The translations under genes were made by a program, and so were the position numbers. Under the pieces are notes generated by a model. That model made no database searches. It was not told where the DNA came from and saw only the letters and a program-made list of their open reading frames with translations. Below, piece by piece: positions 24,384 to 31,682 of a stretch of 31,682 nt of DNA; position 1 is the stretch's first letter, and each line of letters starts with the position of its first letter. This stretch comes from a virus (Duplodnaviria > Caudoviricetes): positions 1 to 31,682 of IMG/VR virus record IMGVR_UViG_3300022209_000010; one strand, written 5' to 3'.

Positions 24384-25822
24384 GCCCTGCCCCCCACGAT
24401 TGGCCGCGCCGGTTTTCTGGTCGCCACCGCGCCATGCGATTTCGTCGCGGCGTACCGCCGCATCACGAACGCATACCGGGTTGCGCTCATGATATCATCA
24501 TACGAATCCACCACCTTGCCGTCGTCCCTGTGATAAAGCCGCTTTTCCTCAAACCAGTCACTCAGGGTGGAAAATACCTTGAACTTGCCCACCCGCATCC
24601 ATTCGTACATCTCGATCAGCCCGGCCTCCCGGCTGTTCTGACGTTCGTCCTTATAATGCGCGTGTTCCTTCAACATGGTGCAGCCGTGGTCCCGGAACTG
24701 ATCCTTCAGAGCCACCCCGGTTCCCTTGTCTCTCTGCAACCCGTCATGCGGCCACGATACGGGTATCCATGCGCCGTGCTTCTTCAGCGCCGCCGCGTGG
24801 TAAACCGATGTTTCGTTGGACCTTTTATAACAGTCGTAAACATAAAAGGTGTCTTCGTCGCGGTCCCAGGCGCAAAACGCCGTCGCGTGCGGATGGTCGA
24901 TGCCGAAATCAATCCCGTTAATCCGTGCGAAATGATCGGGTATCTGGAAGGGCGGGCAGGAGATGTCTTCATCCTTGACCGGGAAGATCGCGCCCGACCC
25001 CAGAAGGGGCGTTCCTGACGCACGTGTGTCCCGTTCGTGAGACGGGTAGGTGGCCATTAATTCGTTGCGGGCCTTCTCGTCCAGATGCGGCGCATCGTCC
25101 CAGCCGACGTTTTTGATCCATATGCTCGCGCCGATCTCGGGATTCAGGAAGTGGCGCACGACTTCAGACGGGCCTTTTAAGGGCGTAAAGGTCAACAGAA
25201 CGCAGCCCCGCTTGTCGAGAATACGGGTCAGCCCTTCCGTGTAAATGTCCATCGTCGGTTCTTCATCGAACCACACGAAATGACACGCGCGGCCCTGCCA
25301 TTCCTTTCTTTGCTGCTCATACGTCTTCAGGGTGATGGAGGATGCCCCGCCTGTCTTGTGCTGGACGCGGATCGTATCCACAACGTCCGAGACGCCGGCC
25401 TGACGCTTCTTCCAGTCGATGATGTATTCCTTGGGTATCCAGCCGGTGCCCTCTTCCCCGACCACCCCTAATAGAGACTCTTGAATGATGTCTCGCGAGG
25501 CCGTCCACGATTCAGATCCACACCAGATCGTTGTCGGTTCCTCGAACCTCCGGCCTTCCCACCAACTCGGATACAGTCCCGTGGCGTGGCAAGCGACTTC
25601 CGCAGCCGCAGTTTGCGTCTTGCCCACCCTGTTCGCGGCCATCAGCAGGCGCTCGGTCTTCTCCCCGCCCGCGTTGTGAACCTCGATCTGCCACAAATAC
25701 GGCCCGATATTGTCCGGGCCGAACGCCTTCGCATGGTCGTAGGGCTGCTTGTACTGGAAGAAAAGCATTTGGTTTGCTTTTTTGGCTTCCAGGTTAGCCA
25801 AGACGGTTTGGATTTCGCTCAT
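24371..25822 (-). CDS. terL: terminase large subunit
   Basis: Walker A AANRVGKT; Walker B VWFDEEP; coupling motif TFTP; nuclease GIDFG...HA and DDIMSATRYA. Confidence 0.95.
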   Translation of the reverse strand: MSEIQTVLANLEAKKANQMLFFQYKQPYDHAKAFGPDNIGPYLWQIEVHNAGGEKTERLLMAANRVGKTQTAAAEVACHATGLYPSWWEGRRFEEPTTIWCGSESWTASRDIIQESLLGVVGEEGTGWIPKEYIIDWKKRQAGVSDVVDTIRVQHKTGGASSITLKTYEQQRKEWQGRACHFVWFDEEPTMDIYTEGLTRILDKRGCVLLTFTPLKGPSEVVRHFLNPEIGASIWIKNVGWDDAPHLDEKARNELMATYPSHERDTRASGTPLLGSGAIFPVKDEDISCPPFQIPDHFARINGIDFGIDHPHATAFCAWDRDEDTFYVYDCYKRSNETSVYHAAALKKHGAWIPVSWPHDGLQRDKGTGVALKDQFRDHGCTMLKEHAHYKDERQNSREAGLIEMYEWMRVGKFKVFSTLSDWFEEKRLYHRDDGKVVDSYDDIMSATRYAFVMRRYAATKSHGAVATRKPARPIVGGRAWRT

Positions 25823-26799
25823 GCGGCCTTGATCTTGTCCAGGTTGGAATACCAGTCCATGTATTCCGTCATGCCGCGCTCGATGTCGTATTGAGGTTTA
25901 TATCCCACTTTATCGCGGATATGGCGGCAGGACATTGTACCACGTTCCGGCTTTTCCGGGTCTTTCTCCGCATACAGAACCTTCGTCGGGAACCGTTTCA
26001 TGACGATATCCGCGAGTTTATTGAGGCTTGTCGCGTTCTCTCCCGTGAGATTGAACGTCTCGAACATACCCGGTTCCCATTCCTGGTTTTCAACCGCGCA
26101 CCGGAGTCCCATCACCAGATCGGCGATGTAGGTGAAGTCGTGTTCTTCGGTTCCATCGCCGTGGATCGTAATCGGCTCGCCCCGCATGGCTTTTTCAATA
26201 AATACCTGCGTCACCCTCCCCGATACGCACCTTGGACCGTAGAGCGCCTGCGGGCGGATAATCGTCAAGGGCAGGCCATACGTCTGATTGTAGGCAATCG
26301 CCATTCTCTCCCCGGCGAGCTTGAGATTACCGTAGATGCCTTCAGGGGTGAGTTCTTCCTTCTCGTTGATGACGGGCTGGGAGAAATCCCCGTAAACCGT
26401 CGAGGACGAGAAATACATCAACCCACATCCTAATGCGCGGGCAACGTCGAGGCTGTTCTCCAGCGTCCTAAGGGAATGATCGAAGGTGGTGTGCGGGTCT
26501 TTGTTTGCCACGGTGATATGGGCAATCGCCGCCGTATGGATAATCAGATCGGGCTGAAAGTGCGCGAGGGTGCGGGACAGCAGATCGTAATCCCGTGCAT
26601 CCGCGCGGATCAGGGGAATCCCGGCAATATCGAGCAGCGCCAGCCGTTCCTCGGCAAAGGCCTTGTGGGCGTCGTTTTCGAGAACCATCAGGTTATTCAC
26701 CATCAGGCTGTCAACGGCGGCAACGGTATGGTTTCTGTTCTTCAGGTGAAGGGCGAGATGGTGGCCGATGAAGCCGCAGCCAACGAGGGCGATTTTCAT
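25819..26799 (-). CDS. NAD-dependent nucleotide-sugar epimerase/dehydratase (extended SDR)
   Basis: GCGFIG, SSSTVYG, YGNLK (YxxxK), YGP, DFTYI.D. Confidence 0.93.
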   Translation of the reverse strand: MKIALVGCGFIGHHLALHLKNRNHTVAAVDSLMVNNLMVLENDAHKAFAEERLALLDIAGIPLIRADARDYDLLSRTLAHFQPDLIIHTAAIAHITVANKDPHTTFDHSLRTLENSLDVARALGCGLMYFSSSTVYGDFSQPVINEKEELTPEGIYGNLKLAGERMAIAYNQTYGLPLTIIRPQALYGPRCVSGRVTQVFIEKAMRGEPITIHGDGTEEHDFTYIADLVMGLRCAVENQEWEPGMFETFNLTGENATSLNKLADIVMKRFPTKVLYAEKDPEKPERGTMSCRHIRDKVGYKPQYDIERGMTEYMDWYSNLDKIKAA

Positions 26800-27881
26800 A
26801 GAACTTCCTTAAAAGTTTGCGCCATATACTTGATGGCCTTTTCAGTGAGATGCGGTCCGACCGAGAAACATAGATTCTGGCTGGATATCTCTTCCGCGTT
26901 CGGGAACTGCCCGATCTGGTGGTGTTGCGCGTAAACCTGTGTATGCGGCACCGGCTGCGCGTAATAAACGCTGGTTTCCACATTTTTCCTCTTCATTTCC
27001 GCCTTTACACGGTCCCTGTCAGGGCCGACGAAGACCGAAAGAGCATAATGCCCGCTGTTCATCTGCTCGAACGCAGAAAGTTCCTTCGACAGCAGATTGT
27101 AGTTGTTTTTTCTCGCATTCATGATGCTGGGCAGCTTTTTCATCTGTGAAACGCCCAGCGCACCCTGCATTTCCGTCATCCGGTAGTTCAATCCTAGCAT
27201 AATCCAGTCCCGCGCGGCCACAATCAGCCCGGTCGGGCTTTCATGCCGTTGCCCGAAATGCCGTCTGGCGCGGATATTCTCGGCTATCGCGGGGTGGCGG
27301 GTCAGCAGCATACCCCCTTCCCCGGTGGTGATGTGTTTTGCAGGGTAAAACGAGAACGTCCCGGCATGACCCCACAGGCCCACATGGGTGCCCTCTATGA
27401 AGCTCCCGAGAGCCAGGGCGCAGTCTTCCACCACGAACAGGTCGTGTTGCCGCGATATCGCCATGATTTCCGGCATATCGCAGGGCTTTCCAAGGTAATG
27501 AACCACAAAAATAGCCCCGGTGCGGGGCGTTATGGCGTTTTTGATGGCTTCCGGCGTTATATTGCCTGTTTCCCGGTCGCAATCGACAAAAACGGGGATT
27601 CCCCCGACCAGGGAGACGGCCATTGCGGTAGCCGGATGGGTTAAAGCGGGAACGATCACCTCGAAGCCGGGTTTTAACCCGCAGAGTGCGGCCAGATGTA
27701 GAGCACCCATGCAAGAAGTGGTAGCCAAAGCCATTCCACCGCCGCAAAAATCGCTAAAAGATTGCTCGAAGGCGCGGACATTTCCCGCATTAGTGAGTTG
27801 AGAATTTCGTAAGGAACACGAAACAGATAAAATATCATCATCGTCTATTTGCGGCACCGCGAACCGCACTCTCATACCCAT
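26796..27881 (-). CDS. DegT/DnrJ/EryC1/StrS PLP-dependent sugar aminotransferase (PseC/LegC-like)
   Basis: VEDCA, FSFYPAKHITTGEGG (PLP lysine), GLNYRMTE. Confidence 0.95.
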   Translation of the reverse strand: MGMRVRFAVPQIDDDDILSVSCSLRNSQLTNAGNVRAFEQSFSDFCGGGMALATTSCMGALHLAALCGLKPGFEVIVPALTHPATAMAVSLVGGIPVFVDCDRETGNITPEAIKNAITPRTGAIFVVHYLGKPCDMPEIMAISRQHDLFVVEDCALALGSFIEGTHVGLWGHAGTFSFYPAKHITTGEGGMLLTRHPAIAENIRARRHFGQRHESPTGLIVAARDWIMLGLNYRMTEMQGALGVSQMKKLPSIMNARKNNYNLLSKELSAFEQMNSGHYALSVFVGPDRDRVKAEMKRKNVETSVYYAQPVPHTQVYAQHHQIGQFPNAEEISSQNLCFSVGPHLTEKAIKYMAQTFKEVL

Positions 27882-28690
27882 TTTGCTTCTTCCTGCATTT
27901 GTCTCCGCCCCTCATCGATCATCAGGGCGACAACGGTGGAGTAAATCCCGCTATTGTGATTTTCCTTCTTCTCCAGCATCTCCACGAAATCGAATATACA
28001 CGCCTGCTTGTCTGTGGGTTCGTGATTTACCACAGTAATTCCGCCTTTTGTGCCGTGTATCGTGATTCTGTGGTTGTGCTTGTCCACTCCGGTGCCGCCA
28101 TCCACGGTAAAGTTGCAGATTCCGCCATTATCCAACTTACATAGGGCGGAAACCGTGTCAGGACCGGGAAACCCCGGCGCGGAGAGGTTCACGCCCGCCA
28201 CCATGCTCGGCTCGATCTCCATTCCCGTAAGCCAGACAACCAGATCAACCATGTGAATCATGCCGCCCATGACCAGACTGTAGTCAGGATTGCGATTTCT
28301 CCACGATTCGTACAGTTTATGTGTCCGTCCCCAGTTATATGAGGCTTCTATTCTGTAGATTTCGCCAAAATCCTTTATTTTTTCCTTCAAATCAACGAAT
28401 AACGGCTGATATCGAAGCGGAAAGTTCTGCCAGATGCACTTTTCGTCCGCCAAACCCATGATTTCCATCATATCGGCGCGATTTGTCGCCAAGGGCTTCT
28501 CGCAAAACACATGCGCGCCCGATTGCAGGGCTTCTATGACGTATTCCGCGTGGGTATCGTCGGGAGACGCGATGGAAACGATGTCGGGGCGTACATCGAC
28601 AATCTTCACGCCGCACTCTCGGTAGGCCGCGACATGCTCACGGCCCATGTTGCCCTCGGCACCGATTACTTTCGCAGTAAGTCGAGACAT
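27872..28690 (-). CDS. Gfo/Idh/MocA-family oxidoreductase
   Basis: IGAEGNMG, SPDDTH, HVFCEKPLA, GG.IHMVD. Confidence 0.9.
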   Translation of the reverse strand: MSRLTAKVIGAEGNMGREHVAAYRECGVKIVDVRPDIVSIASPDDTHAEYVIEALQSGAHVFCEKPLATNRADMMEIMGLADEKCIWQNFPLRYQPLFVDLKEKIKDFGEIYRIEASYNWGRTHKLYESWRNRNPDYSLVMGGMIHMVDLVVWLTGMEIEPSMVAGVNLSAPGFPGPDTVSALCKLDNGGICNFTVDGGTGVDKHNHRITIHGTKGGITVVNHEPTDKQACIFDFVEMLEKKENHNSGIYSTVVALMIDEGRRQMQEEAKWV

Positions 28691-29265
28691 TCAGCCGCCG
28701 TGTATTCGGTGTGGGGTTTGGTCATGCGGGAGACGATCAGGCGGGCGCGTTCGAGGTCTGCGGGGGTATCGACGGTCAGACGGTCACGATGGTGGAACCA
28801 AAGGCCAAGATGTTCCCTCTCATCACCTTGCATGGATGGTTCCGCCCGTAGAAAGGCCTCTGTATCAAAGCCTTCTGCCTGATTTCCGTGCGCATGGCCG
28901 TTATATTGAAAATACACAAAATCCTGAAGGCCATTCGCAGCCTTGTCTACCGATTCAGCATCAATAAACGGGCTATCCGCGCACACCCGCACGAAACCGT
29001 CACAGGGGTATTCAGCGAGAACCTTGACGAAGCGGGCGGCGGGTTCCTCGGGGCCATCAACCCAATATCGCTCCGAACCGTCCTTTTTTTGCGCTTTGTC
29101 ATATTTCGGGCCGTTCCAAGCCACGATTACCTTGTCAATATTCCTGGCTAAATCACATCGAGACAGAACCATTCCCAATAACGTACTATCGCCGATCTTC
29201 TCCAGCACCTTCCCCGGCAGACGGGTGGAGCCCATGCGGGCCTGGATGATGCAGTTAATTTTCAT
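28666..29265 (-). CDS. acylneuraminate cytidylyltransferase-like (SpsF/NeuA/KdsB family)
   Basis: IIQARMGSTRLPGKVL, VRVCADSPFID, RLTVDTPADL. Confidence 0.9.
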   Translation of the reverse strand: MKINCIIQARMGSTRLPGKVLEKIGDSTLLGMVLSRCDLARNIDKVIVAWNGPKYDKAQKKDGSERYWVDGPEEPAARFVKVLAEYPCDGFVRVCADSPFIDAESVDKAANGLQDFVYFQYNGHAHGNQAEGFDTEAFLRAEPSMQGDEREHLGLWFHHRDRLTVDTPADLERARLIVSRMTKPHTEYTAAECLDLLRK

Positions 29266-29734
29266 GGAAAACCTCTTCCCGCTTGATTTCCTTCATTCCA
29301 AGCCTTTCATAAAGTTTTCTTGCAGGCACATTGTCCGTGTATGTCCCGGCTGTGATTGTTCCCCCTACATGCCTGATAAGGCGCTCCGCCAACCCCAATC
29401 CAGCGGCGGCGGGGTGAACGCCGATCAGTTCAATCGTGCCGTCATTTCTTATGATCGCGAATGCAGCCGGATATTTCCCGAGAGCATATGCGTATTTTCC
29501 CTTTATCCATTTCTTTGTTTCGGCATACGCATCGATCCTGGTATCGCGCCACAATCGGCCACTAAAATCCACCGAGCCGATACAGTCAGACACATAGCAA
29601 GCATCTACCCAGCGCACATGCTTGTCAGGAATACGAATTACCCTGCCACGATATGTTATCCGAGTGCCCATATGCCGCCAGCTAAGGGGGCCGGGGTCCA
29701 GATAGTCAAGAACCACGCATTTCGGCAACGGCAT
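29255..29734 (-). CDS. GNAT-family N-acetyltransferase
   Basis: LIGVHP...GLGLA..L and N.PARKLYERLG motifs. Confidence 0.85.
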   Translation of the reverse strand: MPLPKCVVLDYLDPGPLSWRHMGTRITYRGRVIRIPDKHVRWVDACYVSDCIGSVDFSGRLWRDTRIDAYAETKKWIKGKYAYALGKYPAAFAIIRNDGTIELIGVHPAAAGLGLAERLIRHVGGTITAGTYTDNVPARKLYERLGMKEIKREEVFHEN

Positions 29735-30410
29735 CTCTGAACTCGCATATCAGTTTCAATTCATCGGTTGTCAGGTTTACGGGGCCGTCCGGGCCTTCTT
29801 TATCCCCGAAATGGACCTCGACAAACTCAACGCCTCTCGCAATGGCGTCGATTGCGGGCCAGGGGGTGCCGGAGTGGTCGGAGAGGCCGTCATACGATGC
29901 ACCCCATTCGGCCCTGTTCAGGGGTGTCGGGTATTCAGATACACAGTAGAGCGCGTAATGTTCTTGTTCGGGGTATTCGTGTCTGCCTAGCAAATCAAAG
30001 CCGTTGGAGATGATAAACGGCCCCGGCACCTGATCGTATGGGTAGGTCTTTGCCGCCCTGCTCGCCACCTTGTAGTATTTAGGTTCGAGTTTCTTCAGCC
30101 ATTCGATGCCGGTGGGTTGAAAGACGGAGGCGAGGAAGTCGATTTCTTTGTTGCCGCAATAGTTTTTAACCGTTTCCCACTCCCAGAATTGCATTGCCGA
30201 ATTATTCCAGCGCGGGACACGATTTTCATCACCTTCAATTGGGCAAAACAGAGGTTCGTCACGAATAAACATCTGAAACTTGACGGCATCCGCGCCAGCG
30301 CGCTTGGCCCAATCAACAAGCTTGCACGCTAATCGAAAGTCGCCCTTGGGCGGCAAGGTATCTTGCCCAATATGCCCCGTTCCGGCTTCGGCAATAATAT
30401 ATGCGCTCAT
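29706..30410 (-). CDS. N-acetylneuraminate/nonulosonate synthase-like (NeuB/PseI/LegI family), short form
   Basis: Start MSAYIIAEAG (ATGA overlap); GADAVKFQ, KVAS, CVSEYPTP, GLSDHS, VEVHF; no C-terminal SAF domain. Confidence 0.88.
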   Translation of the reverse strand: MSAYIIAEAGTGHIGQDTLPPKGDFRLACKLVDWAKRAGADAVKFQMFIRDEPLFCPIEGDENRVPRWNNSAMQFWEWETVKNYCGNKEIDFLASVFQPTGIEWLKKLEPKYYKVASRAAKTYPYDQVPGPFIISNGFDLLGRHEYPEQEHYALYCVSEYPTPLNRAEWGASYDGLSDHSGTPWPAIDAIARGVEFVEVHFGDKEGPDGPVNLTTDELKLICEFRDAVAEMRGS

Positions 30411-31237
30411 GGGAACATCTCCTGCCAGGATTTGAAGAATTGCAGGACTTCTTCGGGGTTGTCGTGCCAGCAATCTTCCGGCTTGGTTTCGCTGCTCCCC
30501 AATGCGTGCATTATCAGCCAGTCGCTATCCTTGTATTGATTGGCTGCGACATTTTTAAAGCCCGCCTTCAAAGCGGCGTGCCCGAGGCTATTAACCGAAA
30601 ACCGGAAACAATGCAGGTCAGGAGGGTTCTTTCCTACATAAGAAGACAGCGGTTTCTTGAACGGCACCAGAATCCTCGATCCCGTCGCCACGACAAGATG
30701 ACCGTCAGGCTTCAGGAATGATTTCGCGCGTTTCAGGAAGTCGATGCAGTCGCCGCAGTTCTCCAGCGTCCAGAGGACGGTTACGATGTCGAACTTCTCT
30801 GATAATTGCTTCTGCGCCTGTTCAAGCGTTCCTGGATAACAATTGAAGAACTTTCTGACCTGTTCGGCGTTAGATTCACAGGGCTCAATACCCCACATGC
30901 TTGATCCGCAACCAAGTCCCTCCACAATTTCCAGAAACGCACCCTCACCGGCCCCGATATCCAGAACCGACTTGCCTTCAAGGCCGATATTCTGGTCGAT
31001 CCACTCGGCTACATAGGTGAGCCTCGCCTTCACCATCGGCCATGCGGAGGTATATCCTTCCCCCCATACATCATCCCATGCCTTCGCGATAGCCTCGGGG
31101 GAGCGTCTGTAGGGGACATATACGAAGCCGCAATTTCCACATACGGCGGCACCGGGCACCATGTCGAGATATTGGGGGTTATCCTCTTCGCAGAGGTCGC
31201 AGTTGTGTTTTACTGCGGTGGGGTCCTGAGTTGCCAT
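30407..31237 (-). CDS. class I SAM-dependent methyltransferase with N-terminal Zn-ribbon
   Basis: CDLC...CGNC; VLDIGAGEG; GIEP; FDIV; LKPDG. Confidence 0.9.
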   Translation of the reverse strand: MATQDPTAVKHNCDLCEEDNPQYLDMVPGAAVCGNCGFVYVPYRRSPEAIAKAWDDVWGEGYTSAWPMVKARLTYVAEWIDQNIGLEGKSVLDIGAGEGAFLEIVEGLGCGSSMWGIEPCESNAEQVRKFFNCYPGTLEQAQKQLSEKFDIVTVLWTLENCGDCIDFLKRAKSFLKPDGHLVVATGSRILVPFKKPLSSYVGKNPPDLHCFRFSVNSLGHAALKAGFKNVAANQYKDSDWLIMHALGSSETKPEDCWHDNPEEVLQFFKSWQEMFP

Positions 31238-31682
31238 ATGCCGTCCGTCCTTTCCCAGATTTCCGGGTTTCTGTGTTGTTCAACGATGTTCTCGAATTCC
31301 CTGTGGTCCATGTCCATGTATTTCAGGACATCCGGCAGATACGATTGCGGGAACTCCCCATCGTATTTACGGGCGAGTTCCAATCCCTGCTCACGGGTCA
31401 TGTGGCCCCTTTGAATGAGCCTTGAGGCCATCCGGGTTGCCCTGCCGAAGCCGAACTTGATGTGCATCATGTAGAAGTCGAGGTCGTCTATCTTATCGTC
31501 TATCGAATCGAAGCCCTCGAACGAACCGTCCGATTTGCCCCACCAGTAATTATCGGCGTGGTAATTGACGTTCGTTCCGTTCTGGGCCTGCCCGAAATCC
31601 ATCTTCTCTTTGCAAAGTTGGGCATTCTCGTAAATGTCCCACGGGAAGTACCATGAGAAATACACGGCTTCGATTCCATCGA
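31210..31682 (-). CDS. N-acetyl sugar amidotransferase (WbpG/PseA-like), C-terminal part; 5' end outside window
   Basis: Frame open to window edge (DGIEAVYFSWY...); IDD......Y....KFGFGRAT..AS..I..G.MTRE.GL.L..KYDGEFP family motif. Confidence 0.85.
   Translation of the reverse strand, partial: DGIEAVYFSWYFPWDIYENAQLCKEKMDFGQAQNGTNVNYHADNYWWGKSDGSFEGFDSIDDKIDDLDFYMMHIKFGFGRATRMASRLIQRGHMTREQGLELARKYDGEFPQSYLPDVLKYMDMDHREFENIVEQHRNPEIWERTDGIWQLRTPPQ

Noticed and set aside
1-31682. tRNA/rRNA genes, integrase, transposase, att sites
   Set aside because: None recognisable; lifestyle (temperate vs lytic) cannot be determined from this window

Overview
This window is the late (virion) half of a tailed dsDNA phage or prophage of podovirus type, probably infecting a Gram-negative host because it encodes spanins. 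Almost all genes lie on the minus strand in one tightly coupled array. Read right to left: (1) an eight-gene sugar-nucleotide cluster resembling pseudaminic/legionaminic (nonulosonic) acid biosynthesis (amidotransferase cut by the window edge, SAM methyltransferase, NeuB-like synthase, GNAT, cytidylyltransferase, Gfo/Idh/MocA oxidoreductase, DegT aminotransferase, NAD-dependent epimerase/dehydratase), whose last gene overlaps the terminase start; (2) terminase, portal, scaffold, major capsid and a decoration protein; (3) a sialyltransferase/Maf-like protein; (4) a 1182-aa Ala/Thr repeat fibre with a LamG-like insert, a beta-helix tailspike, adaptor, nozzle and three ejection proteins; (5) small tail proteins; (6) a lysis cassette (amidase, holin, Rz/Rz1). 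A few small plus-strand genes converge on it at the left end. The main hypothesis is a phage-encoded system that O-glycosylates its own virion with a modified nonulosonic acid; a Thr-Ala-Thr motif recurs in the predicted surface proteins. A second highlight is a small tail-region gene interrupted by CCG-TGAATGAAAA-CCG, which has the geometry of programmed ribosomal bypassing but could be an insertion scar or assembly error. All functional calls come from motif recognition and gene order; no database searches were run.
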